Assembly (NCBI GenBank): GCA_048940645.1
Contig: JBHLOI010000008.1
Location: 1-64,000 of the forward strand
From: Promethearchaeota archaeon
Lineage (GTDB): Archaea; Asgardarchaeota; Lokiarchaeia; Sigyniarchaeales; SOKP01
Direction: 5' to 3'
DNA: 64,000 nucleotides
The translations under genes were made by a program, and so were the position numbers. The notes beneath the pieces were generated by a model. The model searched no databases, was not told the origin of the DNA, and saw only the letters and a list, made by a program, of their open reading frames with translations. Shown here one piece after another: positions 19,581 to 29,071 of this stretch (positions within the stretch are counted from its first letter, which is position 1; every line of letters starts with the position of its first letter).

Positions 19581-20873
19581 GTGAGAAATGTGAAATTTGA
19601 TTATGGCAAAACAGGCTTAGAATTTTCTCTTAATCCGATTTGGAATACAACAATAATTCGCCCCTTAAAGCAAGATGTAATTGAAAATCCGAAAAATGTC
19701 ATTAAAAATTGGATTAAAAATCCTATAGGTACCCTTCCTTTAAATGAAATCATATATCAAAAGAAAAGGTTAAATCAAATTTGTATTGTAGTATCTGACG
19801 CTACAAGACCAATTCCTTCGCGTATCATTCTTGAAGCCCTTTTGGATGAATTAAATGAATATGGTATAAAAGATAATCAAATTGTAATATTAATTGCCAC
19901 TGGACTTCATCGAGCAACTTATGATAATGAATTAAAAAGAATAATTGGAAAAGATCTTTTAAATAGAATTAAATATGTTAACCATAACGCGAGAGATAAT
20001 GATTGCCTTATTTATTTAGGGGATACTGAAGATCAGGTACCAATATATATTAATAAATACTATTATGAGAGCGATCTAAAGATTTTAACAGGTTATGTTG
20101 AGCCTCACTTCTTTTTTGGATTTTCTGGCGGCAGGAAATCCATAGTACCAGGAATTTCTGGAGTATTAACAATTCAAGCTAATCATTCTGTCGAAAATAT
20201 CGATTCTCCTTATTCACGGTTTGGAATATATGAAAATAATCCAATGGCAAAAAACTCTACAGAAATTGCTAAGTTATCGGGTGTAGATTTTGTAATTAAT
20301 GTTTGCATTAACGAGGAGCATAAAATTACTCAAGTTGCAGCTGGTGATTTAGAAGAAGTGTATAAAAAATTGGTTGATTACCAATTAAAGTATATATTTA
20401 AAGAGATTGATGACCCCTATGATATAGTAATATGCGGAAATGGAGGTTACCCGTTGGATCTTAATTTATACCAAGGAGTAAAGAGTATGGGAATTGGAGA
20501 AATTGCTGTTAAAAAGGGAGGGACTATAATTTCTGTAAATGAATGTATTGACGGTATTGGCGTTGGTCATGATAAATTTAAAGAGCTACTTTTTTCTAAA
20601 AAAAAACCAGAAGAAATTTATCGAAAAACATTATCTAAAGAAATAACTATGATTGATATATGGGAAATTCAAATTCTAACAAGGATTATGATGAAAGCTG
20701 AAGTATATGTTATCTCTACAATAAATAAAGATGAATTAGGTAATATTGGCTTAAAATACGCTGAATCTATAGAAGATGCAATCCGAATGTCCTTAATTAA
20801 ACATGGTCCTAATGCTAGAATACTAATTTTACCACATGGACCCCAAATCATCCCTATTCTTAAAAAAAAATAA
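19581..20873 (+). CDS. larA: nickel-pincer-dependent lactate racemase family protein (LarA homolog)
   Basis: SDATRP, ATGLHR, EPHFFFGFSGGRK, NHS, GGYPLDLNLYQ. Confidence 0.85.
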   Translation: MRNVKFDYGKTGLEFSLNPIWNTTIIRPLKQDVIENPKNVIKNWIKNPIGTLPLNEIIYQKKRLNQICIVVSDATRPIPSRIILEALLDELNEYGIKDNQIVILIATGLHRATYDNELKRIIGKDLLNRIKYVNHNARDNDCLIYLGDTEDQVPIYINKYYYESDLKILTGYVEPHFFFGFSGGRKSIVPGISGVLTIQANHSVENIDSPYSRFGIYENNPMAKNSTEIAKLSGVDFVINVCINEEHKITQVAAGDLEEVYKKLVDYQLKYIFKEIDDPYDIVICGNGGYPLDLNLYQGVKSMGIGEIAVKKGGTIISVNECIDGIGVGHDKFKELLFSKKKPEEIYRKTLSKEITMIDIWEIQILTRIMMKAEVYVISTINKDELGNIGLKYAESIEDAIRMSLIKHGPNARILILPHGPQIIPILKKK

Positions 20874-21124
20874 CGATCAAGATGTTACCTATATTTTATA
20901 ACTATTTTTGTTTTAATCAAGTGTTAGATGGGCTTGTTGCCCCACGACAAAATAATTTTTACAAAAATATCTTTAAATATATGACTATCTTAATAATATT
21001 TTAGATAAATTTATATATGGGATATTACTATTCAAAAAAATATATCATTTATAATTTAAAATTGTAAAATTTAAGTACATAAGTTTTACATTATTTTATT
21101 GGAACAAACAAAAAAAATTAACCA

Positions 21125-21168
21125 AAACGATCAAATTTTCGGTAAACGATAAATTTTGACGATAAAAA
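21125..21168 (+). repeat. three imperfect ACGAT(C)AAA direct repeats upstream of tfb
   Basis: aaacgatcaaatttt / aaacgataaatttt / gacgataaaaa. Confidence 0.5.
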
Positions 21169-21190
21169 CAACTAAAAAGAGTGAAAAAAT

Positions 21191-22123
21191 ATGAGTTATA
21201 AAGATAGGCTTCGGCACTATTCAGAAAGAACCGTTAGTTCAGATGAGGAAAGTTGTTCTGATCAATGTTGCGACAATCCGTGTATAGAATCCAAAGATGG
21301 AGATATCGTTTGTTTAAGTTGTGGAATGATCCAAAGTAGAAATCTCGTGGGAAATGAAAGACGTGCTTATACTGTTGAAGAAGTCAACAAACGAAGAAGA
21401 ACTGAGCCAAGATGGAGAGAATTCGGCCCTCGAACTATGCTCCCTAATACCAAAATTGATAGTAAGGGTAGACTAATCAATGCAAAGGGTAAAACATTAT
21501 TCTCAAGACTTTCTAAAATTCAGAATTCATTAATCTCTAGTATTGAAAGAAATTTCTGGGAAGCAAAGCCAAAATTGAAGATGCTTACTTCTAAGATGAA
21601 TATCCCGGAGTATATCAAAGAAACCGCTTGGAAGATTTATTCAGTTGTTGCTAAGAAGAAGTTAACAATGGGTCGATCAATTGATGGTTTTATCGCTGCT
21701 GCACTATACGCTGCGATCCGAGTACATGAATTTCCAAGATTATTGGAAGAGGTATGCGATTCTTCAATGACTCCACGAAGAACTGTCCATAGAAGCTTAG
21801 GAATGATTGTTAAGGAAGTTTTGCCAGAATTAAATCTACGATATAAGCCCATCACAGCTGAACAACTAGTATTTCGATTCGGTAACGATTTAGGATTACC
21901 TATGGAAGTCCAAAAGAAAGCAATTAATATGCTGGCAGAGGCATCTAAAAATGGATTATTACGTACTGGTAAAGATCCAAAGGGGTTAGCAGCGAGTGTT
22001 ATTTATATGGCTGCTAAGGCAAGTAATTGTCGTAAAACCCAAGCAGAAGTGTCTGAAATTGCTAAAGTCACCGAAGTTACTTTAAGATCTAGATCTAAAC
22101 AGATAAAAAGCAAATTAGGATAA
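21191..22123 (+). CDS. tfb: transcription initiation factor IIB (TFB)
   Basis: Zn ribbon (CCDN...VCLSCG), two cyclin repeats (GRSIDGFIAAALY, GKDPKGLAAS), TQAEVSEIAKVTEVTLR helix-turn-helix. Confidence 0.95.
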   Translation: MSYKDRLRHYSERTVSSDEESCSDQCCDNPCIESKDGDIVCLSCGMIQSRNLVGNERRAYTVEEVNKRRRTEPRWREFGPRTMLPNTKIDSKGRLINAKGKTLFSRLSKIQNSLISSIERNFWEAKPKLKMLTSKMNIPEYIKETAWKIYSVVAKKKLTMGRSIDGFIAAALYAAIRVHEFPRLLEEVCDSSMTPRRTVHRSLGMIVKEVLPELNLRYKPITAEQLVFRFGNDLGLPMEVQKKAINMLAEASKNGLLRTGKDPKGLAASVIYMAAKASNCRKTQAEVSEIAKVTEVTLRSRSKQIKSKLG

Positions 22124-22167
22124 TTGGCTAATCTTTTTTAGGATTAATTAAATTTGAACTAACTGAT

Positions 22168-22200
22168 TGATTTTTTTCTTTTTTTTAATATTTTTTATTT
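22168..22200 (+). terminator. oligo-T terminator-like tract after tfb
   Basis: Several long T runs about 45 nt after the stop codon. Confidence 0.45.
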
Positions 22201-22322
22201 ATAATATTATTTGACTTTTCTTAGTTAATTTAAGGTTCTTAAAAGGTTGCATTTCTGAAAATTTATTAAGAAAGATGACAAAATATTTTTTATAATAAAA
22301 TAAGGCTAAAAATGATTTTTTT

Positions 22323-23531
22323 ATGGAACCATATACGACTTTTATTAATATATTGAGCCCAATTATTGGATATTTGATTGGTTCAATTTTACCTGCTTAT
22401 ATTTTAGTTAGAGCAATTAAAAAGATTGATATTAGAGAGCAGGGTACTGGAATTGCTGGGACGATGAATACATTTCGTACTTTAGGAAAAGTCTATGCAA
22501 TTCCAACTGCAATTTTTGACACATTAAAAGGGGTTGGGGTAATTTTTTTAGCTTTTTTATTAGGTGCGGATTACTTTTTTGCTCACTTAAGTGGATTGGC
22601 AGCAATTACTGGGCATGTATTTCCATTTTATATCCGCTTTAAAGGCGGGCGGGGACTAGCTTGTGCGACTGGAATTTTAATTATGTACATGACAAACTAT
22701 TTATTAGTTGGTTTTGAAATGTTTTTCTTTTTTTTCTATATGGCATTAATTATCGCGATTTTTGTATATGTGTCTAGAACAGGAAAGATATTAGGAGCAA
22801 TAATTCTCCCTCTAATTGGGTATACAGTCTTTGTATTTTATCCAAATGTTCAATATAATCTGTTTTTTTGGATCATTCTTGCCTACATTTTTTCATTTTG
22901 TATTTTTCATATTATAAAGGATAAAAAGTTGAGAATTGAAGATGAAACTTTCAAATCCCATTGGTGGCGGGTTATCATACGACCAGTTGCCTTGCTATTT
23001 CTTGTTTTTTATATTTATTATTCAAAGGAAATGGCTCTTATTGTTATAGGGATTGTAGGATTATGTTTTATAGCTTTAGATCTCATAAGATTCCTTCATC
23101 GACAGGCAAATGTACTCTTAACCGAGAAAATAAAAAAAATTTTTAGGAAAGATGAGAAAAAAAAATTTTCAACTATGACAATCTTTTTAATTGGATTTTT
23201 TGTTACTATTCTTTTATTTGAAATGATTATTGCTATTATTGCGATAATTTATTTAACGTTCTGTGACATGTTTGGTAAGGTTTTTGGACTTGCCTTTGGA
23301 AGACATAAGCTTTTCCATAAAACTGTTGAAGGATCGTTATCGTTTTTTGGCTGTGTTTTAATCTGTGGATATATAATGTTTGCATCCTTCAATTTTCCTT
23401 TAATTTTGCTTTTATGGGGAGGAATTACCGCTACAATTACTGAATTTTTACCGATAGGTGTTGACGATAATTTCACTGTGCCTATATTAAGTGGTGCCGT
23501 TATGACAGTAATTACAATTTTTGGTTCATAA
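22323..23531 (+). CDS. PlsY-type glycerol-3-phosphate acyltransferase fused to a CTP-dependent lipid kinase-like (SEC59/DGK1/VTE5, CTP_transf_1) domain, copy 1
   Basis: GYLIGS..DIREQGTGIAGTMN..DTLKG..GHVFP..FKGGRGLA; C-terminal CD..G..FG..FGRH..KTVEGS..DDNFTVP. Confidence 0.85.
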   Translation: MEPYTTFINILSPIIGYLIGSILPAYILVRAIKKIDIREQGTGIAGTMNTFRTLGKVYAIPTAIFDTLKGVGVIFLAFLLGADYFFAHLSGLAAITGHVFPFYIRFKGGRGLACATGILIMYMTNYLLVGFEMFFFFFYMALIIAIFVYVSRTGKILGAIILPLIGYTVFVFYPNVQYNLFFWIILAYIFSFCIFHIIKDKKLRIEDETFKSHWWRVIIRPVALLFLVFYIYYSKEMALIVIGIVGLCFIALDLIRFLHRQANVLLTEKIKKIFRKDEKKKFSTMTIFLIGFFVTILLFEMIIAIIAIIYLTFCDMFGKVFGLAFGRHKLFHKTVEGSLSFFGCVLICGYIMFASFNFPLILLLWGGITATITEFLPIGVDDNFTVPILSGAVMTVITIFGS

Positions 23532-23671
23532 TTTAGCTAAAACTAACAAAATAAATTATTTATTAAGATTATTTAATTTTCCTGAAGCAATATTTTGTAA
23601 ATATTATTGATGTTAAATTCTTCAAGAGTTAGGCATACCTAATTACATTTATAAAGAATAAACAATTATCA

Positions 23672-24892
23672 TTGATCGGTGATTTTGTGAATGGTATAAT
23701 TATACTATCAAATATTTTAAGTATATGTATAGGGTATCTTATTGGTACAATTAATCCAGGATATATATTCGGTAGATTGAAAAATATAGATATAAGAGAG
23801 GTAGGAACACGGAATGCTGGTACTTCAAATGTATATAAAACATTGGGACTTTCATATGCAATCCCAACAGCTTTTTATGATACTCTTAAAGGATTATTAT
23901 CAATGTTAATTGCGACAGTGATTGGAGCAGAATACTTCTTCATACAGATTAGTGGGTTTGCTGCAATCCTCGGACATATATTCCCATTTTATCTAAGGTT
24001 CAGAGGAGGACAAGGAGTAGCCACCTCCACAGGAATTTTATTATATTACCTTGTTGGCTATTTTTCACATGGCCTAGAAATTTTCTTCATCTTGTTATTT
24101 CTCTTTATAATTGTTGCTATTTTTGGATATGTAACCAAAACTGGAGAGCTTGTAGGGATTACTGTTATTCCTGTACTTGCTTATGCTCTTTTCGTTTATT
24201 ACCCTGAAGTCCAATATACTATCTACTTAACCATAATCCTTACATATATCGTTTCTATACAACTTTATAACATAATAATTAAGAAAAAAATGACTATTAA
24301 AGATGAAAATTTTAAAGCTCATTGGTGGCGAACCGCTACAAGACCATTTGCTGTACTATTCATCTTATTTTACGTTTACTATTCACAAACATTAGCTCTT
24401 TTTATAATAGGAATAGTAGGTTTATGTTTTATCTTTCTTGACATCATAAGATTTATACATCGTCAGACAAATGTGGTATTAACAACCAAAGTGAAAGCTT
24501 TGTTTAGAAAGCATGAGGAAAAAAAATTTTCATCTATGACCTTATTTTTAGTTGCTGCATTTATATCTATACTTCTTTTTGAGAAGAATATTGCAATAAT
24601 CTCTCTAACATTCTTGATTTTCGGCGATATCTTTTCAAAACTTTTCGGTCTAGCCTTTGGAAGGCACAGGATTTTTAATAAGACGCTTGAGGGAACAATA
24701 GCATATTTCGGTTGTGTATTGATTGTAGGGTTCGTCATATATACTACTTTAAATATTCCATGGCAAATATTAGTAATTGGAGGTATTACAGCACCTTTAG
24801 TTGAATTGTTTTCTTTCAATTTAAACGACAATTTTACGGTTTCTCTCATAAGTGGTACAGTTATGACTGTGGGTACTTTTTTTGGTTTTTAG
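23672..24892 (+). CDS. PlsY::CTP-dependent lipid kinase-like fusion, copy 2 (tandem paralog)
   Basis: DIREVGTRNAGTSN..DTLKG..GHIFP..FRGGQGVAT; GD..FGLAFGRH..KTLEGT..NDNFTV. Confidence 0.85.
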   Translation: MIGDFVNGIIILSNILSICIGYLIGTINPGYIFGRLKNIDIREVGTRNAGTSNVYKTLGLSYAIPTAFYDTLKGLLSMLIATVIGAEYFFIQISGFAAILGHIFPFYLRFRGGQGVATSTGILLYYLVGYFSHGLEIFFILLFLFIIVAIFGYVTKTGELVGITVIPVLAYALFVYYPEVQYTIYLTIILTYIVSIQLYNIIIKKKMTIKDENFKAHWWRTATRPFAVLFILFYVYYSQTLALFIIGIVGLCFIFLDIIRFIHRQTNVVLTTKVKALFRKHEEKKFSSMTLFLVAAFISILLFEKNIAIISLTFLIFGDIFSKLFGLAFGRHRIFNKTLEGTIAYFGCVLIVGFVIYTTLNIPWQILVIGGITAPLVELFSFNLNDNFTVSLISGTVMTVGTFFGF

Positions 24893-25032
24893 AAAGGAGA
24901 TAAAAGTTCGTTAGTAGGAAATATTAATTTTCTGGAAAAGTTATATCCAATCACCTTTAATTTCCTTGAAGATTTCATAACTTTTTTCAAATATATAATG
25001 TTTTAAATGTCTACTCTATTTTCTTCTTAGGA

Positions 25033-25773
25033 ATGTCTTATATTGAAAAAAAATATAGAGCAAAAATTACTGAAATATTTGAGAATTTATCAAAATTAGA
25101 TAATGATGTATTAGAACAGGTACGTAAGAAGTCAATTAGCAGGGTAGATATGATCGCTAAATTATGTGCTGCCTGTAACAAGCAGATTAATGAAATATTG
25201 AAGAAATATTACCCTGAAATAAAAGAGATTAATGATAAATTACAAATTAAGTCTGAATTAAAATTTTATTTTGATTTAATTGATTATTTAACCGATTTTG
25301 TAAAGAATGTAGAGACTTTCCAGAATATAGATGAAATGTATTATGATAACCTAATAAAGTTTATACAAGAAAAGGACAAATTAATTTCAGGTAAATACAA
25401 ACAAATTTGTTCTCAAGAATTAACAGCTTTTTATGATAAAAAGACAAGAGACAATTTAGAAAAGATCTTGGCAGAAAAAATTGAAAGGAAAAGCCGAGAA
25501 TTTTTTTCAATTGGTCCTTTAGAACAAGAGCTAAAAAAAATTGGTCAAATTGCTGGGGCAAAATTAATTACTATCACCTCTCCCCGCAAAGGTGATAGAG
25601 ATTTGTTAGAAACTGTAAAATCGGTAATCGCATATTCTGGAGGAATAGATGAAGCGAAAGCTGAAAAAGTAGAAAATGAACTGAAAAAATTTTTAGAGTC
25701 AAAAAAATTTAAGGTTTTTATCCAATCTGGGTTTATTTTAACTGATGCTAAATTGTTATTGGATAATGATTAA
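25033..25773 (+). CDS. hypothetical protein
   Basis: 246-aa ORF, mostly helical, no recognised motif. Confidence 0.6.
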   Translation: MSYIEKKYRAKITEIFENLSKLDNDVLEQVRKKSISRVDMIAKLCAACNKQINEILKKYYPEIKEINDKLQIKSELKFYFDLIDYLTDFVKNVETFQNIDEMYYDNLIKFIQEKDKLISGKYKQICSQELTAFYDKKTRDNLEKILAEKIERKSREFFSIGPLEQELKKIGQIAGAKLITITSPRKGDRDLLETVKSVIAYSGGIDEAKAEKVENELKKFLESKKFKVFIQSGFILTDAKLLLDND

Positions 25774-25866
25774 TTAAATGTGAAAAGATTCTAAGCTATT
25801 AACATTATTTTAGAATTTAACTCATAAAATATTTATCTTTTAAAATATTTTTTAAAATGATTTCCT

Positions 25867-27342
25867 ATGGTAAAAATGAGGAAGGATACCCCTATAACAG
25901 GGATAACAGTTTCAAAAGAAGAAGATTTTTCTGGTTGGTACACAGAATTAATCAATAAAGCGGAATTAGCTGATATTAGATATAATATTAAGGGTTTTGT
26001 CGTATACAGAGAATGGGCAACACTCACAATAAGAAAAATGTATAAAAAAACAGAAGATTTGCTAGATAAAAAGGGTCATTTCCCTTTAACCATGCCTTCT
26101 CTTATTCCTGAATCAAATTTTCTATTAGAAGCTCAGCATGTTGAGGGTTTTGCTCCTGAAGTATTTTGGGTTACCGAAGCTGGGAGTTCTGGTAAATTAC
26201 CAGAACGCTTGGCATTGCGTCCCACAAGTGAGACTGCCCTTTATAAGATGTATGCTTTATGGATAAGAAGTTATAAAGATCTTCCATTTAAGAGATATTT
26301 ATCATGCCAAGTTTGGAGATATGAGGGAAAAATGACGAGACCGTTCTTTAGAGCAAGAGAATTTCACTGGATTGAATCCCACAATGTATTTGCTACTATG
26401 GAAGGCGCAATGGAGCAAGTTAAAGAGGACATGGAAACAACTTATCAAATTCTTCAAGATGAATGCTGTATTCCTATCATCTTTTTTCAGAGACCAGAAT
26501 GGGATAAATTCCCCGGAGCCATTCATACTTACGCTGCTGATGCATTGATGGGTTCCGGAAAGGTTCTACAGCTACCTTCAACCCATTTATTAGGACAAAA
26601 TTTTGCAAAACCTTTTAATGTAAAATTTGTAGACACAGATGGGGAGGAGAAATATGGTTATCAGACTTGTTATGGCCCTGCTCAAAGTAGAAACTATGGA
26701 GCCATGATCGCATACTTGGGTGATGATAAAGGCTTAGTTTTACCATTTGATTTGGCACCAATTCAAATTATTGTTATACCCATAATTTATAAGGGTAAAG
26801 AAAAAATGGTGCTGGACAAATCAAAGGAAATATACAATCTCTTCAAAGATAAGTATATTGTTAAAATTGATGATTCAAAAGAGTCAGTCGGAAATAAATA
26901 TTATTATTGGGAACTGAAAGGTGTACCTATTAGAATTGAAATTGGACCAAAGGACATAGAAAAACAACAAGTAACTATTGTAAAAAGACATGATGGCAAA
27001 AAGTTTCAGATAAAAGAACACCAATTAATAAATAGAATTGATGAAATTGCTGGAAATTATACAAAAGAAGTTAAAAAGAAATCTTTAATTGAATTCGAGT
27101 CCCAAGTTGAATGTGTATATGAGAAAGATGCTGCTATAGAAGCGATTAATAATGGAAAAATCGTGTGTTGTGGGTTTTGTTCAATCAATATGGATGCTTA
27201 TCAGTGTGCGGAGCTGGTTGAAAAGGAAATAGGAGGTTTTGTTCGAGGTAAAAGAGTCGATGAGGAAAAGCACGAATTTGCAACATGTTTAATATGTGGT
27301 AAACCAGCATCCTGTACTGTTTATATCGCTAGAAGTTATTAA
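25867..27342 (+). CDS. proS: proline--tRNA ligase (archaeal/eukaryotic type)
   Basis: LALRPTSE, WRYE..TRPFFRAREF.W.E.H, HLLGQNFAKPF, WELKGVPIRIEIGPKD, C-terminal ARSY. Confidence 0.97.
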   Translation: MVKMRKDTPITGITVSKEEDFSGWYTELINKAELADIRYNIKGFVVYREWATLTIRKMYKKTEDLLDKKGHFPLTMPSLIPESNFLLEAQHVEGFAPEVFWVTEAGSSGKLPERLALRPTSETALYKMYALWIRSYKDLPFKRYLSCQVWRYEGKMTRPFFRAREFHWIESHNVFATMEGAMEQVKEDMETTYQILQDECCIPIIFFQRPEWDKFPGAIHTYAADALMGSGKVLQLPSTHLLGQNFAKPFNVKFVDTDGEEKYGYQTCYGPAQSRNYGAMIAYLGDDKGLVLPFDLAPIQIIVIPIIYKGKEKMVLDKSKEIYNLFKDKYIVKIDDSKESVGNKYYYWELKGVPIRIEIGPKDIEKQQVTIVKRHDGKKFQIKEHQLINRIDEIAGNYTKEVKKKSLIEFESQVECVYEKDAAIEAINNGKIVCCGFCSINMDAYQCAELVEKEIGGFVRGKRVDEEKHEFATCLICGKPASCTVYIARSY

Positions 27343-27372
27343 TGGGTTATCTCTATTTAAAGATGTGGTTTA

Positions 27373-27723
27373 TTAAGAGTAATATTCAAGAACTTTAAAA
27401 GCAAATCTACTCGATACTGTCGCGGGACCTCCTCCCATTTCAATTGCAACTTCTACTGCCTCAATAATTTGTTCTCCATTTGCCCCTGATTTTAGAGCTT
27501 CTTTAATATGCCATTCTATACAAGATTCGCAATTAATTATTATGGAGATACCGATTGCAATGAGTTCTTTTTGCATTTTAGTTAATGATTTATCCAAGTA
27601 TGTATTTTTTTCTAATTCTAAAAATGCTTTGTAAACTTTTGATTTCTTGGTTAATAAAAAGTTATGAGCTTCTTCTCTATCAGATATAATTTTTTCAATT
27701 TTATTTATATCATCTTTATTCAT
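27373..27723 (-). CDS. carboxymuconolactone decarboxylase/AhpD family protein
   Basis: KELIAIGIS...CESCIEWH...GA..EQIIEA...MGGGP. Confidence 0.9.
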   Translation of the reverse strand: MNKDDINKIEKIISDREEAHNFLLTKKSKVYKAFLELEKNTYLDKSLTKMQKELIAIGISIIINCESCIEWHIKEALKSGANGEQIIEAVEVAIEMGGGPATVSSRFAFKVLEYYS

Positions 27724-27865
27724 AATATTTTAAATGCATTACTGCATTCCTTAAATCTTTAATGAAATTAGGTTTTGAGGCTACAAGGAAAGCCATTAAA
27801 AGTTTTAAAATTAATGGAAATATATATTTAATACCTTTGCTTCATATTTGCATTTGTGATTTATT

Positions 27866-28042
27866 GTGACAGATAAAGATAAAGTTATAGAAGTTTTCAA
27901 AACCCTTGATAAACCATTAAGACCTGGAGATATTGCAAAAGAATTAGGAATAGAATCTAAAGAGGTCTCAAAAATTATAAAGGAATTAAGAGAAGAAGAG
28001 AAGTTATATTCACCTAAACGCTGCTATTATGCGTTAAAGTAA
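27866..28042 (+). CDS. small winged-helix DNA-binding protein (58 aa, not in ORF track)
   Basis: GTG start; MTDKDKVIEVFKTLDKPLRPGDIAKELGIESKEVSKIIKELREEEKLYSPKRCYYALK. Confidence 0.85.
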   Translation: MTDKDKVIEVFKTLDKPLRPGDIAKELGIESKEVSKIIKELREEEKLYSPKRCYYALK

Positions 28043-28190
28043 TGAAAAATGAATAAGTTGAGGAATGTAACATCGCTAAAAGTCATTAAAGTATTTAAAA
28101 CAAGACTTTTTTTATATATATTTAAATATCAAAAGGAATATTGATACTATAGTTAAAATTTGCTTTATAATTGTTAAATGGTATAGTTCT

Positions 28191-28661
28191 ATGAAACCTC
28201 GAGATATCGAATGGAAAACTACTTTAATTAAAAGTTTGATTTATAGGGGAATTACTTTAGTCTTAGGAACCATAACGGCATATGCTTTAACACGTAGTAT
28301 AGCAATTGCTACTGGTACTGCTCTTTTAACAGAAGCTGTGCAAGCTGTGAATTATTTTGTTTATGAACTAATTTGGAGTAATCTTTCGAGAAAAAAACTT
28401 GAAGAGGAGATTATTCAGAAAATTAAAAATAGAGAAATTAATTTAAAAATAGGTTACTCATCTATATTAGATTTAGCTTATCAACTTTCTCAAATTGATA
28501 CATTTGTGCCTAAATTATACTTGTCAACACTAAATATTTTTAATAAAATGTTGGAAAACAATGAATTAGAAGAAATTCATGATGAAATTGAAAAATACAG
28601 AAACCATTTTAAAAAAGTGCACTCGAAAAGAAAGATGTTCTTTATTAACGATAAAAAGTAG
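28191..28661 (+). CDS. DUF2061-like membrane protein with soluble C-terminal extension
   Basis: KSLIYR...YFVYELIW pattern over two TM helices. Confidence 0.7.
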   Translation: MKPRDIEWKTTLIKSLIYRGITLVLGTITAYALTRSIAIATGTALLTEAVQAVNYFVYELIWSNLSRKKLEEEIIQKIKNREINLKIGYSSILDLAYQLSQIDTFVPKLYLSTLNIFNKMLENNELEEIHDEIEKYRNHFKKVHSKRKMFFINDKK

Positions 28662-28745
28662 TTGCTATGTGTCTCAAGTTAAATATTTAATTCTGCTTTA
28701 GAAAAAATTAGAAAAAAATAAATAATTACAAAAAACCCTCTTTAT

Positions 28746-28931
28746 TTAATGCATAACCACTTGGTGAATTTTGCCTTTTTGTACGAATTTTTGCTCTAAA
28801 TTTTCATACTCACAATCCATGCATTTTACGATAATTGGTGGAAAATATTTAATAATTTTGGGTTTTTTCATACTGGAACAGTTCGGGCAATTATAATACA
28901 TCTTTAACTTGAGAAAATTAATTATAATCAA
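28746..28931 (-). CDS. small zinc-finger protein (probable start MYYNC)
   Basis: CPNC...CMDC. Confidence 0.5.
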   Translation of the reverse strand: MIIINFLKLKMYYNCPNCSSMKKPKIIKYFPPIIVKCMDCEYENLEQKFVQKGKIHQVVMH

Positions 28932-29071
28932 TCCAACAATAATTTATTTAAAAAAGAATAAAAAGACCAAGATTTTTTTCAGATTTGTATAAAAGACTTT
29001 ATAAACACTTGCAAATATTTAAGATTTTTACTGTCTTTTCCATTATAAATTTATCCTAAATTAAAATAAAT

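Noticed and set aside
20929-20945. Small GC-rich hairpin GGGC-TTGTT-GCCC after larA
   Set aside because: Too short to support an ncRNA or tRNA fragment.
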